Source: Candidatus Shapirobacteria bacterium (lineage in GTDB: Bacteria; Patescibacteriota; Microgenomatia; UBA12405). Taken from it: 64,000 nt of DNA. The notes beneath the pieces are model-generated. The model saw only the letters and a program-made list of their open reading frames with translations, was not told the origin of the DNA and did no database searches. Positions within the stretch are counted from its first letter, which is position 1, and every line of letters begins with the position of its first letter. Position numbers and translations under genes: made by a program. Shown here in pieces: positions 47,067 through 56,049 of the stretch. The stretch covers positions 64,013-128,012 of the forward strand of contig JACPHO010000002.1 of the NCBI GenBank assembly GCA_016188545.1. The letters run 5' to 3'.

Positions 47067-48329
47067 TTGATCGTTGACATAACAATGATTCTAGTACTAA
47101 AATATGATATGAAAATAACAAATAGAGATGATTTTGAGAGAATTTTGCCAACAAAGGTAATTAATAGAAAAATTCACAGTGAATTTATTGAAAGTATGGA
47201 TCGGGAAGAAGTGAGCATTTTGTATGGGGCTAGACAGGTGGGAAAAAGTGTGGAGGTGTGGCAAACAATAAAGGAACTGTTTGACAGGGGTCCGTCCGAA
47301 GTATTTTATTATAACTTTGATGAAATACCGAGTGATGCAAATAATCCAGATGTATTTTTGAATTCTATTTTATCCCAAATGACGACTAAAAAATGTTTTG
47401 TCTTTATTGACGAGGCACAAAGAAAAACAGATGTGGGGAAATGGATAAAATATATGTACGATCAAAAAAAGGGGATTAAATGGGTATTGACTGGGTCGGC
47501 CTCATTGGAACTGAAAAATAAAACAAAAGAATCGCTTGTGGGGAGAAAAATTGAGTTTTACTTGAGTTCACTTGATTTGATGGAAATATTGGGTGATATG
47601 AACATTGATGTTAAGAATATTACGGGAAGATTCGAAAAACTGGACCAGATAGTTGAAGAATACCTGCGGTTTGGTGGGTATCCTGGAGTTTACCAACAAG
47701 TTAGCGCAATAAATAAAATCGAAAAATTAACAGAAGTCGCGGAGACTTATTTGATTTCTGATTTGGCAAACATGTATGGAATTCAAAATAAAGATAGTTT
47801 GAGGCTGGTGGCGAGTTTTGTGGGAGAAAACGTGGGAAGTGTGCTGAGTAAAGATAATATCGCTAAAGTAACAGCTTTGAAAAAAAATGAGGTAGAAAAA
47901 GTACTTGAGGCGTTGGAAGGAGGGTTTGTAGTGAGAAAAATAAAGACTTTTTCAACTGATAGTACAAAAGAGTTGATACATCGTCCAAAAGTATTTTTTG
48001 AAGATTTGGGGATTAGAAATGCATTATTACGGAAACTTGAAGAGGGAAGATTGATGACTGAAAAAGGGAAATTGTGGGAAAATCTGGTGGTAAATTTGGC
48101 GGCAAATAAATGGGGGTGGAGAAATATTCGATATTGGCGGACTATAAATCAGACGGAGGTTGATGTGGTGGTAGTAAAAGATAATGGAAGACTGGAGGTA
48201 ATCGAGGCAAAGTATTCGACGATAGAATATATACCTAAAAATGTAGCCAGTTTTAGTGAGAAATACAGAGATTTGGTAGATAATGTAACAATTGTGAGCC
48301 GAGATAACTGGTGGGGGATGTTGAGTTAA
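47067..48329 (+). CDS. AAA-domain ATPase with C-terminal DUF4143-like domain
   Basis: Walker A ILYGARQVGKSVEV. Walker B CFVFIDEAQR. C-terminal RYWRTINQTEVDVVVVKDNGRLEVIEAKYS is typical of this family. Start may be the internal Met (MKITNRDDF). Confidence 0.7.
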   Translation: MIVDITMILVLKYDMKITNRDDFERILPTKVINRKIHSEFIESMDREEVSILYGARQVGKSVEVWQTIKELFDRGPSEVFYYNFDEIPSDANNPDVFLNSILSQMTTKKCFVFIDEAQRKTDVGKWIKYMYDQKKGIKWVLTGSASLELKNKTKESLVGRKIEFYLSSLDLMEILGDMNIDVKNITGRFEKLDQIVEEYLRFGGYPGVYQQVSAINKIEKLTEVAETYLISDLANMYGIQNKDSLRLVASFVGENVGSVLSKDNIAKVTALKKNEVEKVLEALEGGFVVRKIKTFSTDSTKELIHRPKVFFEDLGIRNALLRKLEEGRLMTEKGKLWENLVVNLAANKWGWRNIRYWRTINQTEVDVVVVKDNGRLEVIEAKYSTIEYIPKNVASFSEKYRDLVDNVTIVSRDNWWGMLS

Positions 48330-48394
48330 AAAATTAATATAGGATAAAATTGAAGCTGGAATAGATAGGGTTGGAGTGATATAATTTCGGATAT

Positions 48395-50542
48395 ATGGCG
48401 ATTGACAAAATTGGCTTGAGGTACATTCCCAGTGAGGCTGTGTTTGTTGGGGAAAAAGTGGTTGATGAAGCATGGAAAAAAGTAGTAGTTGAGAATGCGG
48501 AAATAGCCCGAAGAGAAGTTTTGGGGGTAACTGATACACCCAGAGCTAGAGATGGAATAAATTTGATTTTTAAAAATCTCAATGTGATGACTGGTGGTTC
48601 ATATGGAAATGCGAATGAGTTAGTGGATGCTGTAGAAAATGACCCGGGTAATGAAAACTTGGCTTTAGGACAATTGATGTTGGCCCAAAGTGTGTATTTG
48701 GCAATGAGGGATGGGGGAAATGTAAAAATGGAGGGGGCTTTGGCATCGGGTACGGCTACAACTATTGAAAATGAACTGCCGGCAAGACTAAAAGGGATCG
48801 CAAGAGAAGTGAGAAACTTGGAAATAACAAGTCCTAAATATAGAAATATCTTGGATGAGATGGATGCAAATGCAGCACTTGATAAATGGCAAAAACTTCC
48901 ACCCTCTGTAGATGAACAAAGGAAACTGCTGGAGATGGCTATGACTTCTTTGAAGACTGGTGGTAATGGACCTGTAAATGATGAAGAAAAAAGGGAATAC
49001 AGCCTGGTAGTTAGAAGTTTGAGAGCAAGATTGAATATTTTGGATGCGGGTGGAGATAACGCATTGTTAGTACATTTTGTAAATGAAAAAAAAGAGAGAG
49101 AAAGTAGTGTCGTTGATCAACTTAGGCAGAGAGCCGAAGAAGGATCAAGGCAAAAGGCTGATTATTTTAAGGCTATGGCCGGTGGAGCAACGCCTGATTC
49201 GTTTGTCTCGCCAAGTTCGCCAATGGCCCCTGAGTGGTTGAAAGGGATGGAGCCGAGACATGCTTTGTTACTGACGGAATTAAACAACGCTTCATTTATG
49301 TTGGGTAGGGTTTCGGGAATTGGTGAAGTCGTTCAAGGAAGTGGATTATTTAGAACAGATGATGATGGGATGGATTTTTTATTGAACCAAACACCAGGCG
49401 CCAGAGAGGCATTTGCTTTTATTTTACAAACATATTTTGACCCCGTAGACGAAGAAGGAAATATTTTCGACCCAAGTGTTGATAGAAGATCTATCGTAAA
49501 TGTAAGGCTCAAAGTGGATGACAAAGTACTAATGAGTGACTTTGTCGGAAATAGAGTATTTGACAATGTAAAAGGTTACCTTGTAGGAATGAGGCCACCA
49601 ATAGATTTTGGTGATGGTATTTTGGGGAAAGAAGCTGGGTCGTCAATGGCGGTTGGGGTAGTTTTGGCGTTATCTAGGGTTGGTTTTATGTTTAATGATG
49701 CTGACCCGAAAAGAAAAATGGGAAAATCTAACTTGCAAAATCAGGTATGGAATGCAAATTATCCGGCAGCTAAAGGGGCGCAGAAATTTAAAAAAGCTGA
49801 GCCTTGGGCAGGGTCCCAGGGAGATTGGTTGTTCGCTAGGCAACAAGGGGCAGTAACCGTTTCAAAAAATCAAGCTAAAGAGATAGAATTTGTAGAACGT
49901 TGGGAGAGTGGTGAGATTAATCCTTTGCCGGAAAGATTGATGATAAATTTTTTTGCAAATACAGAAGTGACGACTGCTACTAGTGGTAAAGTATCAATGA
50001 TTGAAGCGTTGTATTTTGGTTATGAAATAATATATGAACAAGGTAGCAATGACGATTGGGTATCTTATCAAGATGTGGTTAGAGCTGCGGCCGGTGCATT
50101 TGAATATATGAAAGGCGGTGATAAGCAAAAGTTAATGTTGGGAAAAAATGAAGGTGAGTGGGCTAATGGAATTAGGTCTATAGTATCTGACTTGAGTAAA
50201 AATGAAGAATTGGCACCTCAGTTTAGTAATGAACCGTTAATGAGTGGTGGAAAATGGGTTGGACCAAGTCCGCTGGCAGAACGGATGTTGTGGTTTATTG
50301 GAGCGTGTGGTGGGCTGGCAAACATTCCAGACTTAATTGTGACTCAGGGGGCAGATAAGTTTCAGGATAATGCGATGCGAAATGTGGTGGATACTACTGC
50401 AATGAAAATAATGTTGCCCAATGAGGCCGATAGAGAATGGATCCTTAAACAATTAAGTTGTGACGGTAAAGGTCAGATACAGATTGAGAAAAATAAATGG
50501 AAAAGAAGATCATTATTGGGATTGCCTAACAGTATTCTCTGA
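48395..50542 (+). CDS. Large hypothetical cytoplasmic protein (715 aa)
   Basis: Clean long ORF with no TM segment and no motif recognised. Convergent with the VirB6-like gene. Confidence 0.5.
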   Translation: MAIDKIGLRYIPSEAVFVGEKVVDEAWKKVVVENAEIARREVLGVTDTPRARDGINLIFKNLNVMTGGSYGNANELVDAVENDPGNENLALGQLMLAQSVYLAMRDGGNVKMEGALASGTATTIENELPARLKGIAREVRNLEITSPKYRNILDEMDANAALDKWQKLPPSVDEQRKLLEMAMTSLKTGGNGPVNDEEKREYSLVVRSLRARLNILDAGGDNALLVHFVNEKKERESSVVDQLRQRAEEGSRQKADYFKAMAGGATPDSFVSPSSPMAPEWLKGMEPRHALLLTELNNASFMLGRVSGIGEVVQGSGLFRTDDDGMDFLLNQTPGAREAFAFILQTYFDPVDEEGNIFDPSVDRRSIVNVRLKVDDKVLMSDFVGNRVFDNVKGYLVGMRPPIDFGDGILGKEAGSSMAVGVVLALSRVGFMFNDADPKRKMGKSNLQNQVWNANYPAAKGAQKFKKAEPWAGSQGDWLFARQQGAVTVSKNQAKEIEFVERWESGEINPLPERLMINFFANTEVTTATSGKVSMIEALYFGYEIIYEQGSNDDWVSYQDVVRAAAGAFEYMKGGDKQKLMLGKNEGEWANGIRSIVSDLSKNEELAPQFSNEPLMSGGKWVGPSPLAERMLWFIGACGGLANIPDLIVTQGADKFQDNAMRNVVDTTAMKIMLPNEADREWILKQLSCDGKGQIQIEKNKWKRRSLLGLPNSIL

Positions 50543-50544
50543 AA

Positions 50545-52071
50545 TTATTTGCGTTTTACCCAGCCAAACAGTCCGGCGGTGTCACCAGCGGCATTTCTTA
50601 ATTTATCGCCAGTAGTAAGATTACCTGCATTATTGGGATCGTTATAGTATTCTTGTTGTTTTTGAGAGGCCAGTTGGGCACCAAGACGACCAGCTCCAGT
50701 AACAGGTGCAAAGGCACCTTTTGTACCTTCACCAATCGCCTTACCCCAGGGAGATGGTTTGATGGCGAAGACAAACTCAGGGATCATTTCAGGCAGTTTT
50801 GAGACTAGGGCAATTACTGAAAGACCAATACCGACAGAAATAATACTAGGTAGATTGGCCGTACCAAGCCCCCATGAGGTAAGGGCAGTGGGAATTGACA
50901 TGTTGGAAATGACGCTAGGAGCCCACATACCTTTTTTGGAAAAATCGACCAGCATGTTGCCAACTACCATGAAAATAAGTGACACAGGGAAAATGGCAAG
51001 ATTGGCGATAAGATCCCAAATCCAGGTACTAAATCCCATCTTGGAATTGGGGAAGGCACCCATAGCTAGCTCAAGAGGGGCGATAACTATTTTGAAAATT
51101 ACCGTAACATAGGCCTTAAGACAGCCAAAATAAAACTTGAACATCCAGATAACAACAAGGATTAGCATAACCAGTAGAACAATAACTGGAACAATTCCGA
51201 GAGCAGTAATCGACCACCCGCCAGTAGGAACGAGAAACATAGCAGCAATAATTGCACCAAGTATAAATCCCCAGTACATAAACATGGTTGTTGGTATAGC
51301 TCGGAAAGTTAAATCGGCGTAGGTACCAATACCGGCATTGGTCAGAGTGTCAAAAGAATAGTTTTTGGTGCCATCAAGAAGGTTGGCAGACAGACCTTTG
51401 CCAGTAACTTCAAAAAGCAGAGCGATAACTACACCCTGGACAAAAGTCATTAGGTCGATAAGTAAACCGGCGATAGCGTAGGAAAAAGTGACTAAAACGA
51501 GAGTGGTGATCAGTTGAGGGACAGCATTTTGGACGGTAACCACAGCTTGGGGGGAGATCTTGACCCGGAGCATAATCATGACACCGATAATGATAAAAAC
51601 AAGTGAGGAAAGCAAATAAACTATGTTACGAAAACCCCGCCAGATAGGTAAAATTGGCTGGAGACCAGCAAACCCAAAACCTTGCTGGGCATAGGCCGGT
51701 TTGCCAAGAAAACTATCCTTGAGGCCAGCCAAATATTGGAATCCAGAAGCGGGAGGAGTCCAGAGACTGGCAATCATTTGGTTGGTAAATCCCAACATGC
51801 CGGCGGGAATATAACTAGTGGCGGTGCCATTGAGAACACTGTCGGGAATCTTACCAGTGAGTATTTCTAGTGCGATAACAGCATTACTGTCAAGAGATTC
51901 TTTGAGCCAACGTTCTTGATTGTTGCCTTTGAGAATGGCGTCACTTTTCTTTTTGTAGACACTGTTTTGAGTCGGGGGAGTCTGAGCAAACAAAGGGGTG
52001 ATAAAAGAGAAAAATAAAAAACAAAAAGTAAAAATAAGAAACAGGCGACGCATGGTGAATAATTTTAACAT
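50545..52071 (-). CDS. VirB6/TrbL-like polytopic T4SS membrane protein
   Basis: Signal peptide MLKLFTMRRLFLIFTFCFLFFSFITPLFA-QTP (likely start 52071 or 52053, since the ORF extends to 52245). At least 6 TM helices. Precedes the pilin array. Confidence 0.4.
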   Translation of the reverse strand: MLKLFTMRRLFLIFTFCFLFFSFITPLFAQTPPTQNSVYKKKSDAILKGNNQERWLKESLDSNAVIALEILTGKIPDSVLNGTATSYIPAGMLGFTNQMIASLWTPPASGFQYLAGLKDSFLGKPAYAQQGFGFAGLQPILPIWRGFRNIVYLLSSLVFIIIGVMIMLRVKISPQAVVTVQNAVPQLITTLVLVTFSYAIAGLLIDLMTFVQGVVIALLFEVTGKGLSANLLDGTKNYSFDTLTNAGIGTYADLTFRAIPTTMFMYWGFILGAIIAAMFLVPTGGWSITALGIVPVIVLLVMLILVVIWMFKFYFGCLKAYVTVIFKIVIAPLELAMGAFPNSKMGFSTWIWDLIANLAIFPVSLIFMVVGNMLVDFSKKGMWAPSVISNMSIPTALTSWGLGTANLPSIISVGIGLSVIALVSKLPEMIPEFVFAIKPSPWGKAIGEGTKGAFAPVTGAGRLGAQLASQKQQEYYNDPNNAGNLTTGDKLRNAAGDTAGLFGWVKRK

Positions 52072-52072
52072 A

Positions 52073-53488
52073 TTAGAACTGCATTGATTCGGGTTGTAAT
52101 TGGCGGGCATAGGTGTTGAGAGTGTAGGGATTGCCTGGATCAAAGCTGTGACTGTCGGTGGAAGAAAAAGGACGATGGGGATCGTTGAGAGTGACGTCGG
52201 CTTCCTGGACATATTCAGGGATGAGGTTTTTGCGAGCGACTTCATCGATTTTCATATTGGCTTCCTGAGCGGGTTCGATGTGGTACTCGTAGGTGAGAGA
52301 GTGGGAGAAGGTCATAGCGGTCTCAAAGACAGTACCAAACTCTTCAAGGGACTGTTTGATGGCATAGAGCAGATCATTTGGTTTGTCGCGAATCTCATTT
52401 TTTTCATAGGTACCACAAAAATTGATGGGTGGAATGTCTTGACCGTCATAGTTGATAATGGCCAGTGAGTTAGCCGAAGCAAGAGATTCACCGCGGGGCA
52501 TGTTAGTTTTTTTGATTTCAGGGTTAACATCACGTTCATGGTCGTCGTTGTAGACAAAGACGCGACGCATACTGGGGCCACTGCCCTCAGGCCCTAAGGT
52601 TTTGTAGAGTTTGCAGGCTTCACTGGGGTCAAGAGCCTGAAAAGAGTCACTGGATGGGTCGGTAAAGTCACTGAGTCGGCCTGGAGTGGGAACGGGGAGG
52701 GAAGGATTAGTAGGATCATTGTTGTAGCAATTGTCATCGGGGTTGTAAAAGATTAGATTTTCTTCGGTGCCAGGAAGACAACGTCCAGTAGCAGGGTCGG
52801 TATTGACCAAAGATAGAGTGGGGTTTTGTTCCATGGTGATAGCAATGTCTTCGAGTTGAACTTTTTGACCGTCATCTTGATCGGAGTCGGTGACTGGTTT
52901 GGCGGAACCACCGTCGTACCAAGCAACTTGTTCATTACTGACAACTCCACCACCGGAGCCATTGGCTAATTTGACCGCTTTGACCAGTCTTTGGCCAACG
53001 AGACATTTGAGGACATCTTCGGGCATATTTTTGTTACCGGTGCCAATTGACCCTTCAGCATTGTCCGGAGTATAGGACATAAAGGAGCGGTTGATACTAT
53101 CAGTGTTGAGAAAATTCTTGGGATGGCTGTTGGTGGCTCGGTCGCGACCAAGGGCGGCAGGATTGGTCCAAAAACCTTTGTTGAATATGGGGGGACGGCC
53201 TTGGATTCGATTGACGTCGTAGGGGACAAAGGTAGTAGTTTGTTCACCAGTATTGGGATCAGTGGTGGTTTTTTCTTCAGGTTGGAAAGTTTGGGAAATG
53301 GTGAATTTACCGGTGCAAACTAGACCGACACTATTGGGATAATAGATGGAGTCATCAGAGAGAGCGGTGTCTGCAGGAGGTGAACCAGGGTCGGATCGTT
53401 TGATGATAATTGGGTTGAGAGCCAGAGCAGGAAAAGTAAAAAGTAAAAAGTTAAAAGTTAAAACAATAAATATGAAAACAGGTTTCAT
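52073..53488 (-). CDS. Secreted 471-aa protein of the T4SS/pilin locus
   Basis: Signal peptide MKPVFIFIVLTFNFLLFTFPALA-LNP encoded by an (AAAAGT)n repeat. Asp/Pro/Thr-rich mature protein. Function unknown. Confidence 0.5.
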   Translation of the reverse strand: MKPVFIFIVLTFNFLLFTFPALALNPIIIKRSDPGSPPADTALSDDSIYYPNSVGLVCTGKFTISQTFQPEEKTTTDPNTGEQTTTFVPYDVNRIQGRPPIFNKGFWTNPAALGRDRATNSHPKNFLNTDSINRSFMSYTPDNAEGSIGTGNKNMPEDVLKCLVGQRLVKAVKLANGSGGGVVSNEQVAWYDGGSAKPVTDSDQDDGQKVQLEDIAITMEQNPTLSLVNTDPATGRCLPGTEENLIFYNPDDNCYNNDPTNPSLPVPTPGRLSDFTDPSSDSFQALDPSEACKLYKTLGPEGSGPSMRRVFVYNDDHERDVNPEIKKTNMPRGESLASANSLAIINYDGQDIPPINFCGTYEKNEIRDKPNDLLYAIKQSLEEFGTVFETAMTFSHSLTYEYHIEPAQEANMKIDEVARKNLIPEYVQEADVTLNDPHRPFSSTDSHSFDPGNPYTLNTYARQLQPESMQF

Positions 53489-53896
53489 TTAGTGGCTGGG
53501 GATAATAAAGTTGGTAACGTCGGCACCGGTAATTTTTTTGATGAGTTGAAGAATTAGGTAGGAAGAGACAACACCAACTAACCCAAGAATAGACATGGTA
53601 AGAGTGGATGAGGCAGTGGCAACTCGTTTTTGATCACCACTACTAAAAAGATATTGAAAACCACCATTGATAAACATGACAAAAAAAATGATACCGGCGA
53701 GACCAACTATGACTTGGAGGATGTTACCAAAAAGACACTCGAGACCTTGGAGAGTAGCGACATCGCCTTGAGCGAGGCATTTTCCAGACCAGGTGGATTG
53801 GGCTTGGGCTGGAATAGCGAAAGAAAAAAGAAAAAAGTAAAAAGTAAAAATAAATTGGAAAAAACGATTTCTCATGGGTAGATTATACAAAATCAA
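53489..53896 (-). CDS. VirB2/TrbC-like pilin paralog 1
   Basis: Sec signal peptide (…AIPAQA-QS), then two hydrophobic helices separated by the loop FSSGDQKRVATAS. About 105-aa mature protein. Confidence 0.45.
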   Translation of the reverse strand: MILYNLPMRNRFFQFIFTFYFFLFSFAIPAQAQSTWSGKCLAQGDVATLQGLECLFGNILQVIVGLAGIIFFVMFINGGFQYLFSSGDQKRVATASSTLTMSILGLVGVVSSYLILQLIKKITGADVTNFIIPSH

Positions 53897-53941
53897 CGTT
53901 GATTTACGAAATATGATTCATGATTTAAGAATAGAACAAAA

Positions 53942-53965
53942 ATATCCCCGAGAAATCGGGGATAT
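53942..53965 (-). terminator. Perfect 10-bp stem hairpin followed (minus sense) by a T-rich tract, between pilin paralogs
   Basis: ATATCCCCGAGAAATCGGGGATAT. Read on the minus strand it is followed by TTTTGTTCTATTC, 25 nt after the stop of the 53990..54385 pilin gene. Confidence 0.55.
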
Positions 53966-53989
53966 TTTGATTTGTGATTGATTCCTTGG

Positions 53990-54385
53990 TTATTGGAAGG
54001 AAGGAACTTTGAATCCAGAGAGAAGCTGAATACCGAAAACGGTTTCGATGAGCTTCATAATGGCAAAAGCAGCAAAGACAATAGCCAAACCAATGAGGGC
54101 ATTGGTGATTTGGGCTCGGGCGGCTTCGACGGCTTTTTGATCACCTTCGGACATGACCCATTTGAGACCACCCCAGATGAGGATGAAGAAGAAAACCAGG
54201 GCGACAACCAACATAACTAAACTAATGGCACCGGAAATGATACCACCAAAGGTTAATTTGGTAAGGTTGTTCCAATTGCTGTCGTTGGGAATCAGTTTGA
54301 TATCTTGGGCGTAAACCGGAGCAGCGATAGCTGCGTATTGGACGAGATCTTTGAACTTTTGGACCATAATAGGTGTGTTTTTCAA
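53990..54385 (-). CDS. VirB2/TrbC-like pilin paralog 2
   Basis: Hydrophobic helix 1 (GGIISGAISLVMLVVALVFFFILIWGG), loop MSEGDQKAVEAARAQ, helix 2 (ALIGLAIVFAAFAIMKLI). Confidence 0.45.
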   Translation of the reverse strand: MKNTPIMVQKFKDLVQYAAIAAPVYAQDIKLIPNDSNWNNLTKLTFGGIISGAISLVMLVVALVFFFILIWGGLKWVMSEGDQKAVEAARAQITNALIGLAIVFAAFAIMKLIETVFGIQLLSGFKVPSFQ

Positions 54386-54430
54386 TAAATTATTAATAAT
54401 TAGCTAATTGTAACAGTAAAGTAAATAAAA

Positions 54431-54820
54431 TTAAAGTGTAGGCCAAGTGATGGTAAGAGTGCTTAGTCCAGGGATACCAAGGACTATACCGACAAACTTG
54501 AGGATGGCAAAAATAGAAAAAACGACAAACAGACCGATGGTGGCATAAGTCATTTCATTCTTGCCTGACTCCCACCTTTTGGGATCACCCTCAGAGGCGA
54601 TCAGGTGATAGCCAGCAAAAACTATGTGCCAAACATAGTAAATTATGCCGACAATGAAAAAGATGGAAAAAACGGTTGAAAGGACGCTGTTAAAATAGGT
54701 TTTGGGAGCTGTAGAAGAGGTACAGTTTTTGAGAATGGGATTGCAAATGACCGCATGGACTGGGGTAGAAAAGTAAAAAGTAAAAAGTAAAAAGTAAAAA
54801 GTGGAAATTAGTTTTTTCAT
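54431..54820 (-). CDS. VirB2/TrbC-like pilin paralog 3
   Basis: Signal peptide MKKLISTFYFLLFTFYFSTPVHA. Helix, loop IASEGDPKRWESGK, helix. Confidence 0.45.
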   Translation of the reverse strand: MKKLISTFYFLLFTFYFSTPVHAVICNPILKNCTSSTAPKTYFNSVLSTVFSIFFIVGIIYYVWHIVFAGYHLIASEGDPKRWESGKNEMTYATIGLFVVFSIFAILKFVGIVLGIPGLSTLTITWPTL

Positions 54821-54822
54821 AT

Positions 54823-55179
54823 TTAGAGACCCATTTGGGTGAATAAAGCATTAATGTCGAGGACATTGGTGATACCAGCCAGGGTGGCAATGAGAGAACC
54901 AAGGCCAACAGCAACGATAACAATGGTAAGACCAAGGACACCATTGGTGAGTCGGCTACGGGCAGCAGCCATATTTTTTTCGTCTCCTTGGGAGTTAATG
55001 TAAGAATAACCGGCGAGAATTATTTGAATGGCAAACCAAATAACAGCAAAGATGGTGAGAACACCAATTACTTGACCAACTATTTTTTCAAGAGCAGCGA
55101 CACCGTTGCCAGCAGGTTTGACACCTGGGCCAATGATTTCGGGAACATTAACATCAGCGAGTAGGCGATTAGGGTCCAT
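54823..55179 (-). CDS. VirB2/TrbC-like pilin paralog 4
   Basis: Same helix-loop-helix architecture with loop YINSQGDEKNMAAARS. No long signal peptide. N-terminal region may be processed differently. Confidence 0.4.
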   Translation of the reverse strand: MDPNRLLADVNVPEIIGPGVKPAGNGVAALEKIVGQVIGVLTIFAVIWFAIQIILAGYSYINSQGDEKNMAAARSRLTNGVLGLTIVIVAVGLGSLIATLAGITNVLDINALFTQMGL

Positions 55180-55555
55180 AAATGACTGGGGCTAAAATTT
55201 TAATCCCGGTAAATCTTTCGACAACCGAGGCAATTACAAAAGCGGAGGCAATAATAACCATACCGAGGATACTCTGCCAGATTTGGGTCCAAGCAGTGGC
55301 GGCAGCTTTAGGGTCGCCAGCCGAGTTGATATAAGCATATCCAGCTAGAATTAGCTGGATGATCATATAGATACCACCAATAGTACCGGCGAATTTTAGG
55401 ACATTACCTAAAAATATGAACAGGCCCTGACCGTTGGGACTGGCGTATTTGGGGAGTGGGTTGGTGATGCCACCGATGACGCCTTGAGCTTGCGCTGGCA
55501 GCGCAGAGTAAAAAGTTAAAAGTAAAAAGTTAAAAGTTAAAAAAACTTGTTTCAT
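55169..55555 (-). CDS. VirB2/TrbC-like pilin paralog 5
   Basis: Signal peptide MKQVFLTFNFLLLTFYSALPAQA-QG. Helix, loop YINSAGDPKAAATA, helix. Confidence 0.45.
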   Translation of the reverse strand: MKQVFLTFNFLLLTFYSALPAQAQGVIGGITNPLPKYASPNGQGLFIFLGNVLKFAGTIGGIYMIIQLILAGYAYINSAGDPKAAATAWTQIWQSILGMVIIASAFVIASVVERFTGIKILAPVIYGP

Positions 55556-55559
55556 TTAT

Positions 55560-55901
55560 TTATAGTCCGGAGTTTAATATTTTTAGACCAGTAGTAACTT
55601 CAACTATTTGAACTATGAAGTAAGCGGTGATCACAATGACGAAGCCAATAATAGCGTCGGTTACTAAGGCTTTGCCTTGAGCAGACTTTTTGGAATCACT
55701 ACTGCCTGCGCCAATTATAACCATTAGACCGCCAAAAATCAAAAGAATAAGTAAAATTGTGCCAGCAATGGTAAATGAGTTTTTTACGATTACCGAAATC
55801 AATGATGAAAGAGTGGGAAAAGTTTGTGAGAGAGTTTTACCTGTGCCAGTGGGTGGATCAATAGCGATGGCGAGGAGGCGATTCATGGCGTAATTATACA
55901 A
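55560..55901 (-). CDS. VirB2/TrbC-like pilin paralog 6
   Basis: 113 aa. Helix (TIAGTILLILLIFGGLMVIIGA), loop GSSDSKKSAQGKA, helix (AIIGFVIVITAYFIVQIV). Confidence 0.4.
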   Translation of the reverse strand: MYNYAMNRLLAIAIDPPTGTGKTLSQTFPTLSSLISVIVKNSFTIAGTILLILLIFGGLMVIIGAGSSDSKKSAQGKALVTDAIIGFVIVITAYFIVQIVEVTTGLKILNSGL

Positions 55902-56049
55902 TTAAATTACAAATTACAAATTTCTAATTACTAATTGATTATACAATAAAATAAAACCGCCGAATATATCGGTAAAATTTGGTATATTGACTGGTGTAAA
56001 ATGATGTTATAATACGCTCAATTAATTATAAAAAACTCCCCTACTCTTT

